A stretch of 54,333 nucleotides of DNA. Source: a virus. Its lineage: Duplodnaviria > Caudoviricetes. The stretch's first letter is position 1. Each line of letters opens with the position of its first letter. Shown here one piece after another: positions 38,028-46,509 of this stretch. The notes beneath the pieces were generated by a model that was not told the DNA's origin, did not search any database, and saw nothing but the letters and a program-made list of their open reading frames with translations. Position numbers and translations under genes: made by a program. The stretch lies in the IMG/VR virus record IMGVR_UViG_3300038416_000116, positions 1 to 54,333 of that record; one strand, written 5' to 3'.

Positions 38028-38254
38028 CTCCCAAAATCTATCTCTGTTGCCAGATCCTACCTCTTTACTATTGTCTAGCTTGTAATCGACAATGGTGTTG
38101 GGAACACTGGGTTAATAAAGATGGTCATATCCGGATGAGATGTGCTAGACGTAAACTTAAAGAAGTCGAGCGGGAAGAAACTGATAAAGCTTTCGACCCT
38201 CTTACCCAACAATCCTGTAGCACAATTACCAAGGTCGTATACGATTTAGTTTAG
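38024..38254 (+). CDS. LCC-family microprotein
   Basis: YLCCQILP...CLAC...CWEH. Confidence 0.6.
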   Translation: MTPKIYLCCQILPLYYCLACNRQWCWEHWVNKDGHIRMRCARRKLKEVEREETDKAFDPLTQQSCSTITKVVYDLV

Positions 38255-38459
38255 CTCCCAAAACTATGATAAAGGTTAGGAAGTTACGTTTCAAACTCTT
38301 CGACCATTCGATTTTGGTTCAACATGCCTTCGATCGGTCCTTAGGGCCTTTTCACTTTCAGTACGTCGGACATAGTTGTCAGGGAGACAATAGATCCAAG
38401 AGTCTCTTTGTAGTAATCCTTTACTACGCGATGACTATAGAGGTCTGGAAGAGATAACT

Positions 38460-38780
38460 ATGACTAACCCAAAGCCTTGTGGAGATACGACTATGACACC
38501 AGCTGATGTTCTAAAAGATTTGGATAAGGCCCTAGCTCGATTCGGAACCTATGACTATTATGATAAGGGTGTCGATGAAGTCTTTGATGCTAGTAAAGCG
38601 ACCAGTTATGTTAGAAGCTTGGAGCCTGCGGATGCTGTAAGGTTCTTAGTTAGTCTTAGTAATCATGAACACGGTAGTCATCTTGTAAGTCATATCGTTA
38701 ATTGTCTTGATGACACTCCAGAAGAATGGTTTGAAGTTGTGGTCGAAGAATGTAGGGAAGCAGGACTCGACGTTTACTAG
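38460..38780 (+). CDS. Hypothetical acidic protein
   Basis: 106-aa ORF. Confidence 0.55.
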   Translation: MTNPKPCGDTTMTPADVLKDLDKALARFGTYDYYDKGVDEVFDASKATSYVRSLEPADAVRFLVSLSNHEHGSHLVSHIVNCLDDTPEEWFEVVVEECREAGLDVY

Positions 38781-38788
38781 ACCAATCT

Positions 38789-38959
38789 ATGGCCGATAAC
38801 CTAGCCTGCTTAATCAAAGGTCATACTCCTGGTAGAATGGTAACCTATACCCGCTTCGGAGTTCAAGGCTATTGTCTTCTGTGCGACCGTAAACTTATTT
38901 GTGTGCAGATGTTCGATAGGGATGCAGAAGAGTGGGTCGGAGAGAACGACAATGGTTAA
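38789..38959 (+). CDS. NLACL..GH-family microprotein (below cutoff)
   Basis: MADNLACLIKGH...CLLC. Confidence 0.6.
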   Translation: MADNLACLIKGHTPGRMVTYTRFGVQGYCLLCDRKLICVQMFDRDAEEWVGENDNG

Positions 38960-39128
38960 GCTTCTTTGTTGTACAATTAACCCAGAATTTGTTTGCGTTC
39001 AGTGTCGTCTAATAATTTGTCGCGAACATGACGAGAAGGAGCTAGAGTATTGTACGGCCTCATCTGCCAAAGGCTACATCAAAAGGCATTACTTCAAACC
39101 GATAACAAAAGATTGGGCACCATTTTAA
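38952..39128 (+). CDS. LCC-family microprotein
   Basis: LLCCTINP...CVQC...CREH. Confidence 0.6.
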   Translation: MVKLLCCTINPEFVCVQCRLIICREHDEKELEYCTASSAKGYIKRHYFKPITKDWAPF

Positions 39129-39411
39129 TATGAATCATTGGACGACTTGGAGTGCGGAGTATATAGCCTACTGTAGGAATGGCTATAGAGTTAAGTATGT
39201 TTGTTGTCAAAGGTCTGACAAATGTCTTTGCGGGCATAATTGGAAAGATGAAATGAAGATAGTTCACGATGTCGTATCAGGATATAGGTTATGACCAAAT
39301 CCCATTATTGTCGAGAAGGTTGGGGTCAGATCCGATGTAATCGTAACCGATGGCTTCTTGTTCGTAGAACAGATAAGTGGTCGAGGGTAACTTGTAAGTC
39401 GTGTATACGCT

Positions 39412-39621
39412 ATGGAAAATAACCTTTGTTGTCATCTTAGTCCTGTTGTCATTTGTGAGGGTTGTGATAGTAAGTGGTGCGATCCTTGTTCTAATTTGCC
39501 TAGCACGAGACATCGACCTTGTAATGATGGCTCACTAAGATGGACATGTGATAAGTATAAGGGTAAGCTTTGGGTAAGTCGCGGCAGTAACTATGCTATT
39601 ACCTTTTCGAAAGATCCTTGA
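39412..39621 (+). CDS. LCC-family microprotein
   Basis: NLCCHLSP...CEGC...CDPC. Confidence 0.65.
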   Translation: MENNLCCHLSPVVICEGCDSKWCDPCSNLPSTRHRPCNDGSLRWTCDKYKGKLWVSRGSNYAITFSKDP

Positions 39622-39622
39622 T

Positions 39623-39796
39623 ATGAATCCAAACAATCTCGGTTGCTTGATTAACGGCCATAGAATTGTTGAAAGGGATACGCCTGACTCGGTGCGTAAG
39701 TCGAAGATGCCTGACTATCCTTTTTGTATAGGCTGTCATCGTAGAATCATATGGTGGGATGGAAAGTTCATTTTGATTAGACCTTATAAGAGGTAA
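39623..39796 (+). CDS. NLGCL..GH-family microprotein
   Basis: NNLGCLINGH...CIGC. Confidence 0.6.
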   Translation: MNPNNLGCLINGHRIVERDTPDSVRKSKMPDYPFCIGCHRRIIWWDGKFILIRPYKR

Positions 39797-39801
39797 CGAC
39801 A

Positions 39802-40035
39802 ATGGCTTGGAAAACTGACGATCCTAAAGAATTACTACCTGACTTGCCGTTGACTAGAGCTTCGGTCGAAACGAATTGGGAGTCGGGCTATCCTAATTCT
39901 TTAGAGCGATGGATAAAAGATCTTAGTCCTACCTATACGTTAGATGCTGAGTACGACCTTGGAGATAACAAAACTCTCTATAGGTTTAAGTCTCTTGCAG
40001 GTCATTTTCAAAACGTTGTCATCGGGAATAAGTGA
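39802..40035 (+). CDS. Hypothetical protein
   Basis: GAGG SD. Confidence 0.5.
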   Translation: MAWKTDDPKELLPDLPLTRASVETNWESGYPNSLERWIKDLSPTYTLDAEYDLGDNKTLYRFKSLAGHFQNVVIGNK

Positions 40036-40349
40036 CTATGGATGAAGAAATGATTAAGATACTAATCGCGGTCGCTTGCTTCGTTTATATGCCTTCGCCG
40101 TACGGAATTCTTGCTGCCCTAGTTGTTTTCTTTCTTCTATAGGAGACCTATGAATAAGAAATTCGGATGGGCTTTTGTCGTAGCGTGGTTCGGAATGGTT
40201 CTTCTCCAGCTCACTTGGATAGGACTTTTCGTTTGGGCTGTCGTTCATTTCGTCCGTAAGTTTTGGTAGTCTATGACTAAGTTCCAGATGTTCGAGTGCG
40301 TCGTAGGATTCGTTTTTATGGTTTGGATGTTTGCGGATGTCGACTAAAT

Positions 40350-40508
40350 ATGAACGAGAATCTAGGTTGTTTAATTAAAGGTCACTATCCGGGAGATCCT
40401 GATCTTGGCTTCGGTAGTCTGAGACCTATTTACATTTGTAAGGGGTGCAGACAGCCTGTGACCTTCGATTGGAATCCTGAAGTAAGAGAGTGGGTCGTAA
40501 AGGAGTGA
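40350..40508 (+). CDS. NLGCL..GH-family microprotein
   Basis: ENLGCLIKGH...CKGC. Confidence 0.6.
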   Translation: MNENLGCLIKGHYPGDPDLGFGSLRPIYICKGCRQPVTFDWNPEVREWVVKE

Positions 40509-40584
40509 CTATGTTTTTACTTCCAGTAATAGCTCTAGGGTCAATAGCTTTGATGGCGACGTGGATGGTTAAGAAGATAGGTAA

Positions 40585-40737
40585 ATGAGAAAGTATCTGT
40601 GGACGGAGCTGCTCGACATGTATCATAAGCCAGGCCCTTGTTGCTGGTTGGATCCTTGGACACTCATAAACTATAAGATTTGCGTTCCATGTCTAGAAAG
40701 GTTTATGGATAAGTATAGACATATGCGCTCACTATGA
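40585..40737 (+). CDS. LCC-like (PCC variant) microprotein (below cutoff)
   Basis: GPCCWLDP...CVPC. Confidence 0.45.
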   Translation: MRKYLWTELLDMYHKPGPCCWLDPWTLINYKICVPCLERFMDKYRHMRSL

Positions 40738-41027
40738 TTACCATAAAGCTATCTCGTTACGACGCTAGACGACTAAAGTTCTATCTAGATGTAGGAATGC
40801 CTCTCAAAGATATCTACTTCAAGTGGGAACGTCGTCTTGCAGAACAGCTAGAGAAGGCCCTCAAAAGAAGACGGAGGTAACGTGATCCTACTGCTCTGGA
40901 CGGCTATAGGCCTCGTTATTCTTAATGGAATTTATCCGATACCTAAGCCAGAAGATCTATTAGTTATGACGATGCGACCAATAATAAATCTTACGATGGA
41001 TCTGAGAAACTTCATCCTAGAGGCGAT

Positions 41028-41258
41028 ATGAACGACTGTCTTGCCTGCCTTATCAAGCCGACTTGGATGTGTGAGAACTGCGATAAAGTAGGATGTTGTA
41101 GGGATCATACGAACACGTTTACTATCTTTCAGGCTAAGGATTGTGATGAGGGGGAAGTAGTCTCCTGCGCTCAGTGCCGTGCGCAAGTTTCGGACAATTT
41201 TAGAGGTAAGATGCATTGGTCGACCTGCTTAAAAAACTTCCTCGACAGGCCTTACTAA
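41028..41258 (+). CDS. CLxCL-variant microprotein
   Basis: DCLACLIKP...CENC...CRDH...CAQC. Confidence 0.6.
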   Translation: MNDCLACLIKPTWMCENCDKVGCCRDHTNTFTIFQAKDCDEGEVVSCAQCRAQVSDNFRGKMHWSTCLKNFLDRPY

Positions 41259-41527
41259 TGAACAATTTATGTTGTGTCATACAGCCGGCGAATATATGTT
41301 ATTACTGTGAAGGGGTGTGGTGTCTTTCTTGTTGGTCGAAGATGTTTGCAGGCAGAGGGCTTAACTTCGACAGATGTTCTTTAGGTAATTTTCCAGGTGG
41401 TGACGATCGCGGAGGGCACTACACCTATACATACGGTGGATCTATATACGACAAGTCCTACGTTGATCGTCATTGGATCAGCCGGGCTGCTGCGACCGTA
41501 GAAACGGACAAGAAAATTGCGGGCTGA
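41258..41527 (+). CDS. LCC-family microprotein
   Basis: NLCCVIQP...CYYC...CLSC. Confidence 0.65.
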   Translation: MNNLCCVIQPANICYYCEGVWCLSCWSKMFAGRGLNFDRCSLGNFPGGDDRGGHYTYTYGGSIYDKSYVDRHWISRAAATVETDKKIAG

Positions 41528-41660
41528 TCTTATACTATAAGATGAAGACCCTAAAATTGAACCTCAAGCCGACCCGTATATCCTATTGAGCTTCGGGGTC
41601 TTTAGGGGATGTTCTTGCGGTCACTTTACGGGTAGCTTCCGGTCACTTTAAGGGAGAGTT

Positions 41661-41870
41661 ATGGCCACTCAACGCTTTGGAGTCGGAGATATCGTTGTCG
41701 CGTCGCCTGCAAAAGGTATCCAAATTTATGGAACGGTATCTTGGGTAGGCTCTGACGGTTCAGTTGAAATTACAGAGCCTAGCGGCAGCGCAGGAATGTA
41801 TGCTCAGTATATGGTAACGCATCGTCAACCATCATGGCCGGGCGTAGCCAGCCGTAAGAAAAAGAAGTAA
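41661..41870 (+). CDS. Small SH3/KOW-like protein
   Basis: FGVGDIVV...GTVSWV..DGSVEI. Confidence 0.5.
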   Translation: MATQRFGVGDIVVASPAKGIQIYGTVSWVGSDGSVEITEPSGSAGMYAQYMVTHRQPSWPGVASRKKKK

Positions 41871-41986
41871 GGGACGACAGGCTTGGAGAAACAAGTGACC
41901 AAACGAAAGCGAAAGAAGTCTACGTGGCGACCTCCTACGGCCAAAGAGCTTAAGGCTTTTGAGAAGAAGTACAAACCTAAATCGAT

Positions 41987-42706
41987 ATGAACAATCTATG
42001 CTGTCTCATCAGTCCATCTCTTAAAGACGAATCTGGAAGCGGTTGGTGCCCTGCCCATTGGTTTGAATCAGGGATCAAGTTTGTTACAATAAACGCAGGC
42101 ACCTTTAATATGGGTGAGGATGTGCAGCACGAAGTTACATTAACTCGTAACTATGATCTGGGAGTCTATCCTGTGACACAGCAGGAGTACCAGAGTGTTA
42201 TGAAGGTTAACCCTTCTCAATTTGAAAATCCTTTGTCTCCTGTCGAAACAGTATCCTGGGATGATTTGCAGAAGTTTATAGAGAAGCTAAACCAGATACA
42301 AAAGAAATACTTCTATCGATTGCCTACAGAAGGAGAATGGGAGTATGCCTGTAGAGCGGGCACTAACAAACCTTTTTCATTCAGTGAATCTAAATTGGAC
42401 TCGTACGCTTGGTTTGATAAAAATGCTAAAGGAACATCTCATCCTGTTGGTCAGAAGAAACCAAATAGATGGGGGCTCTATGATATGCACGGCAACATCT
42501 GGGAGTGGTGCCAAGACTGGTACGCAGACTATCCTATAGGTAAAGCGGTAGATCCTTTTGGACCTAAAACCGGCTCGCGCCGGGTCGTCCGGGGCGGCTC
42601 CTGGTACGACGATGCCAGGCTCCTCCGCTCCGCCCGCCGCAACTACGCCGTCCCGGGCTTTCGCTACCCCGGCTTGGGGGTCCGCCTCGTGAGGTCATGC
42701 TGTTGA
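41987..42706 (+). CDS. LCC leader + FGE-sulfatase (C-type lectin fold) protein, DGR-target-like
   Basis: MNNLCCLISP; GTFNMG, YPVTQ, PVETVSW, RLPTEGEWEYACRAG, PN.WGLYDMHGNIWEWC.D, RVVRGGSW...G.RL. Confidence 0.88.
   Translation: MNNLCCLISPSLKDESGSGWCPAHWFESGIKFVTINAGTFNMGEDVQHEVTLTRNYDLGVYPVTQQEYQSVMKVNPSQFENPLSPVETVSWDDLQKFIEKLNQIQKKYFYRLPTEGEWEYACRAGTNKPFSFSESKLDSYAWFDKNAKGTSHPVGQKKPNRWGLYDMHGNIWEWCQDWYADYPIGKAVDPFGPKTGSRRVVRGGSWYDDARLLRSARRNYAVPGFRYPGLGVRLVRSCC
42572..42694 (+). other. DGR variable region (VR)
   Basis: Abrupt GC-rich, A-poor segment; positions that are Asn in FGE-type TRs are all NNC/NNT codons. Confidence 0.7.
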
Positions 42707-42738
42707 CCTTTGGTTTGTTGGACTCTTGGCTGTTGTTG

Positions 42739-42781
42739 TGGCGCCTCGCCCGAGTTGCTGTTGACCGGATGCGAGGCGCCA
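42739..42781. repeat. GC-rich hairpin downstream of VR
   Basis: TGGCGCCTCGC-N21-GCGAGGCGCCA. Confidence 0.8.
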
Positions 42782-42832
42782 GCGAGGATGAACGTTAAAC
42801 GATCTTTGTTGTGTACTCAATCCTAAATCGAT

Positions 42833-43063
42833 ATGAAGAAGCAACTCTGTTGTGTTCTTAATACAAGTGCCATCTGTGATGAGTGTGGAAAGGTTTGGTG
42901 TCGCCCATGTTGGAATCGTTCCCCTAACAAACACCACTTCGGGGTTAATCCCGCGGAAGATGGAATCTTGTACAGAATGTGTCCTAAAACAAAAAGAAAG
43001 GTTATGGCAGAGAGAGACCTTACAACAATAATACATTTGTCGACGAAATGGTTTAAGACATGA
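42833..43063 (+). CDS. LCC-family microprotein
   Basis: QLCCVLNT...CDEC...CRPC. Confidence 0.65.
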   Translation: MKKQLCCVLNTSAICDECGKVWCRPCWNRSPNKHHFGVNPAEDGILYRMCPKTKRKVMAERDLTTIIHLSTKWFKT

Positions 43064-43272
43064 ACAACTTATGTTGTCTACTAGGTCACGTCTACATAAA
43101 GTGTACCCAATGTGATAGCCAATGGTGTTGGCAATGTTGGGTAGAAGACGAAGGTCATGCAGTTAAGTTAGATGAGTCCAGACAAGTATCTCGAAAATGT
43201 CCTGTAACTAAGAAACGTTTAAGTACCAATCGTACTGAGTATCCTGTTTATACCCTTGAGCTTCAACCATGA
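43060..43272 (+). CDS. LCC-family microprotein
   Basis: NLCCLLGH...CTQC...CWQC. Confidence 0.65.
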   Translation: MNNLCCLLGHVYIKCTQCDSQWCWQCWVEDEGHAVKLDESRQVSRKCPVTKKRLSTNRTEYPVYTLELQP

Positions 43273-43442
43273 ACAAGCTGTGCTGTGAAATTAATCCCTT
43301 CCAGATATGTACTAGATGCAAAGAAACTATTTGTGTTCCTTGCTGGAATGCAAATGATATCTGGGCCTGCGTAGAGCCTCACTCAGGACATAACTATCAA
43401 GTAGGAGGACACTTTTGGGTGTATTACAGAAATGACCTCTAA
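43269..43442 (+). CDS. LCC-family microprotein (below cutoff)
   Basis: MNKLCCEINP...CTRC...CVPC. Confidence 0.6.
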   Translation: MNKLCCEINPFQICTRCKETICVPCWNANDIWACVEPHSGHNYQVGGHFWVYYRNDL

Positions 43443-43689
43443 ACTTTGCTGTGCCTTAAATCCAGAAATGACTTGCGGGTTCTGTAAGGAAGAATGGTGT
43501 TCGACCTGCTACTACGCTTTAACAGATTGGCCAAATAATCCATGCAGCGTTCCTAACACATCGGGATCTGACCAAGGTAACCACTATACAATGGATATAG
43601 GGAGCGAGATGACCAATCCTAGTCGTGTTCGTCTTCTGCAGGACAACGAGAAAGTTACAGACTTCGATCAAATGAAATCAAGGATATGA
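43432..43689 (+). CDS. LCC-family microprotein
   Basis: KLCCALNP...CGFC...CSTC. Confidence 0.65.
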   Translation: MTSKLCCALNPEMTCGFCKEEWCSTCYYALTDWPNNPCSVPNTSGSDQGNHYTMDIGSEMTNPSRVRLLQDNEKVTDFDQMKSRI

Positions 43690-43844
43690 ATGAAAATTTA
43701 GGTTGCTTGGTCAAAGGTCATCATCCTACTGACTATGGAATCTGTTACGACTATTCAACAGGCAGATATAGTGCGACTTGCGGTGGCTGTAAAGAAAAGA
43801 TTTGGATCGACACTGAAGGCGATCACCAATGGAAACTAATCTAA
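43686..43844 (+). CDS. NLGCL..GH-family microprotein (below cutoff)
   Basis: MNENLGCLVKGH...CGGC. Confidence 0.6.
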   Translation: MNENLGCLVKGHHPTDYGICYDYSTGRYSATCGGCKEKIWIDTEGDHQWKLI

Positions 43845-44062
43845 GCCTCTGCTGTATACTATCACCTTGGGCTATCTGTAAAGGATGCAGCGGAACATGG
43901 TGTGTACACTGTTGGGGATATGATAGAGGAGGCTCAACTCACCATCCCTATACTAGCGTAAGAGGTGGCTGGGTCAGAGATTGTAATGGCGTAAAGGTCT
44001 TTGAAGACAAAAATTTAAAGGGTCCTCCATATGTCTTAACTCTTTATGAAACTAAAATCTAA
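43829..44062 (+). CDS. LCC-family microprotein
   Basis: SLCCILSP...CKGC...CVHC. Confidence 0.65.
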   Translation: METNLSLCCILSPWAICKGCSGTWCVHCWGYDRGGSTHHPYTSVRGGWVRDCNGVKVFEDKNLKGPPYVLTLYETKI

Positions 44063-44261
44063 GCTTTGTTGCGTTCTTAATAGCAAAGTAAATTGTCCTG
44101 CCTGCGGGATACACTTTTGTCACGACTGTTGGATAGCGGATGCTATTCACTCTCCTACTCCTAGATCGCGTGGCGAGTTGTTCTGTAGTTCAACAGGCGT
44201 TAAAATTGAGTGGGTAGAAGTTGAATCGCTTGAAGATTTTAGACTCATAGCGAAAGAGTAG
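44046..44261 (+). CDS. LCC-family microprotein
   Basis: KLCCVLNS...CPAC...CHDC. Confidence 0.65.
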   Translation: MKLKSKLCCVLNSKVNCPACGIHFCHDCWIADAIHSPTPRSRGELFCSSTGVKIEWVEVESLEDFRLIAKE

Positions 44262-44263
44262 TT

Positions 44264-44476
44264 ATGGGGCTACCTCTTTGTTGTATCTTAAATGGGATCC
44301 AAAATGACGGACACTGCTGCGGGTTTAAATTATGTGAGCCCTGCACCGATAAGTATAGACAAATGAAATCTAAAATTTATAGGAATGATAGGTGCAATTA
44401 CATTGCAGATCTTCACGCCGTCTTTAGTCCAGAATGCGATGAGATACGAGCACGTATCCCTTACAGACTAAAATGA
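44264..44476 (+). CDS. LCC-family microprotein
   Basis: PLCCILNG...CCGFKLCEPC...ADLH; subfamily with 48259 and 51457. Confidence 0.65.
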   Translation: MGLPLCCILNGIQNDGHCCGFKLCEPCTDKYRQMKSKIYRNDRCNYIADLHAVFSPECDEIRARIPYRLK

Positions 44477-44703
44477 GACCTCTCGAGATGAACAAGAAAC
44501 TAATTGTATTAGGAATGATTGCAATAGCAAGCGTAATGTATCTACTTCGTACGCACTACACGGTTGGAGAAGAATCTTGGTGTGCTGTTGATCATTGGAA
44601 CAATACGCAATGCTACTACGAGTCTTACGAGGAATGCATGAAGGTAGTACAACTACCTGATAGCATATGGGTAAGCTGCAAGAAGACTAATCCAGGAGGC
44701 TAA
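44473..44703 (+). CDS. Small exported Cys protein (DUF3551-like)
   Basis: Signal/TM segment then WCA...CYYESYEEC. Confidence 0.5.
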   Translation: MRPLEMNKKLIVLGMIAIASVMYLLRTHYTVGEESWCAVDHWNNTQCYYESYEECMKVVQLPDSIWVSCKKTNPGG

Positions 44704-44886
44704 ATGTTCTACACACTCGTTAGGCTTTCAGATCAAATTGTTCTTCGGTCTCTCGAATCGGAAGAAGAGATCAACTCAATCTTAGTCGAGCTCCACGGTG
44801 ACGGAGCAGATCTTCACGACTACGATATCATTCAGACGGACAAGTTGTATCAAGAAGACCAAGTGTTAGATGAAACCTATGCCTAA
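44704..44886 (+). CDS. Small acidic hypothetical protein
   Basis: AGGAGG SD. Confidence 0.5.
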   Translation: MFYTLVRLSDQIVLRSLESEEEINSILVELHGDGADLHDYDIIQTDKLYQEDQVLDETYA

Positions 44887-45124
44887 ACTTTGTTGCGTTC
44901 TTAATCCTCATCTTGAATGTGAAGCCTGTGGCATCAGAGTATGTATAGAGGAAAGAGACAAAGAAGGGAATTGGCTTACATGGAAGCTTCATGACTACGT
45001 GGATGACGAGACGTACACCAACGGAAAATTGATGAAAGAATTGATGTACGAGTGCCCTACAACAAAGATAAGAGTTATTACAGACTACAGCGTGAAGCAT
45101 CTTCGCTTCAAGAGGATACCATGA
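44870..45124 (+). CDS. LCC-family microprotein
   Basis: KLCCVLNP...CEAC. Confidence 0.65.
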   Translation: MKPMPKLCCVLNPHLECEACGIRVCIEERDKEGNWLTWKLHDYVDDETYTNGKLMKELMYECPTTKIRVITDYSVKHLRFKRIP

Positions 45125-45438
45125 AACCGGTTGATGCTTCACCACTTCCTACGCTGTGCTGCGAACTGAATCCGCTAATGGCAACGTCAGGTAAGAGGAT
45201 CTATCAGGAAGATGGATTACCTACATACGTAGAACTAACGCCCCTACTATGTAGGTTTTGTGGTTGTAAGGTTTGTGAAGAGTGTTGGAAGAGTGGGAAG
45301 CACTTCGTCAAGAACTTCGTTGCTGGAGAAGAAGAGGACGTGTATGGATGGAAGCCGCTGCTAGAAGTTAAACGAGAAATGCCGTCATGTATCAATCCTT
45401 GGCACAATATGCTGCTGAGGACGAAAGCAAGCCTATAG
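45121..45438 (+). CDS. LCC-family protein with insertion
   Basis: TLCCELNP...CRFC...CEEC. Confidence 0.6.
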   Translation: MKPVDASPLPTLCCELNPLMATSGKRIYQEDGLPTYVELTPLLCRFCGCKVCEECWKSGKHFVKNFVAGEEEDVYGWKPLLEVKREMPSCINPWHNMLLRTKASL

Positions 45439-45634
45439 GCATCATAGGAGAACCTGTGAAAGATAGAGCGCCTCCGTATTAACTTCTAGGAGCGAACGAG
45501 AATTACTTATTGAGGTGCTGGCGTAGGTTCCTGGCGCCTCTAAAACAAACTAACAAAGACCTGGAGTAAGATAGTACTAATTAGCTTCTAGGAGAACTCC
45601 TAGCTAGAGATTAATTAGGAACTCTTACTCCAGG
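45437..45634. repeat. Two long imperfect hairpins in an intergenic gap
   Basis: AGGCATCA..GAACCTGTG / CGTAGGTTC..TGGCGCCT; CCTGGAGTAAGA (45560)...TCTTACTCCAGG (45634) enclosing CTAGGAG-AA-CTCCTAG. Confidence 0.65.
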
Positions 45635-45652
45635 CACAATTTGAGAAATGCA

Positions 45653-45892
45653 ATGGATAAGAAATCTACTGACGAACGTAATCTCTGCTGTATTCTTAAT
45701 GCAAGGGGTAAAATGGTGTGCGGCCATTGCAACAGATGGCTATGTGAAAGTTGTGCCTTTGATGATAAATATTATGTAGCGTGTAGTTTGGGAGGCAGGA
45801 GACCTGAATCTACTTACTATCATTGCCCGAGACATATAAGGCTTTGTAAGACGAGACTAGAAAAAGGGGCCGTCATACAAGAAAGAAGATAA
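45653..45892 (+). CDS. LCC-family microprotein
   Basis: NLCCILNA...CGHC...CESC. Confidence 0.65.
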   Translation: MDKKSTDERNLCCILNARGKMVCGHCNRWLCESCAFDDKYYVACSLGGRRPESTYYHCPRHIRLCKTRLEKGAVIQERR

Positions 45893-45894
45893 AT

Positions 45895-46128
45895 ATGATA
45901 AAATATACTCATAAAGTTCGTGAGCAGCGCCTCTGCTGTGTACTAAATAGATCTTGTTTCATTACCAAACACCTTAAACCCTTTATCACTAGGCATCCTC
46001 ATATGATAGCAAAGATACTTCAAGATAAGTTCGTAACCTCAAGCTATCAGTTGTGGAAAGAAGACATTCTCTATACCCCTGGATACGTTGCAGGATACTT
46101 AGGAAGTATGCTTCTCAACCGAAAATAA
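45895..46128 (+). CDS. LCC leader with non-Zn C-terminus
   Basis: RLCCVLNR, no CxxC after. Confidence 0.55.
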   Translation: MIKYTHKVREQRLCCVLNRSCFITKHLKPFITRHPHMIAKILQDKFVTSSYQLWKEDILYTPGYVAGYLGSMLLNRK

Positions 46129-46308
46129 TATGAACATACAAAAGAGCACCTGCACTTGCGGTAAGCTTCATACAGTGGTTGTCTTCTTAGGAAGACTAGT
46201 GATACACTGTTCTCCACGACTTTGTCGTTCTATAAAGGCTCATCCCTGTATAAAGGAAGGAGCTAAAGCATATCCATTATTCAAAGCGTACATGCGGGCG
46301 ATACCCTA

Positions 46309-46509
46309 ATGGCATTAAAGCTTTGCTGTGTCTTAGAAGGTTTAGCGGAGCATTGCGCCTTCTGTAATAAGGAACTTAAATTTTGTAAGATCCATATAAC
46401 AGGAACCAACGATCATTTTCTAAATGGCAATTGTCGTTTGCGAAAAGAGGGATGTGTATGCTCAAGCGAAAAATTGTGCAAGTGCTTGGCAGCTTCTGCT
46501 GCCGAATGA
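46309..46509 (+). CDS. LCC-family microprotein
   Basis: KLCCVLEG...CAFC...CKIH. Confidence 0.6.
   Translation: MALKLCCVLEGLAEHCAFCNKELKFCKIHITGTNDHFLNGNCRLRKEGCVCSSEKLCKCLAASAAE

Noticed and set aside
41987-42781. Complete DGR or functional formylglycine-generating enzyme
   Set aside because: No RT, TR or Avd in the window; the C-terminus lacks the catalytic Cys pair of true FGE
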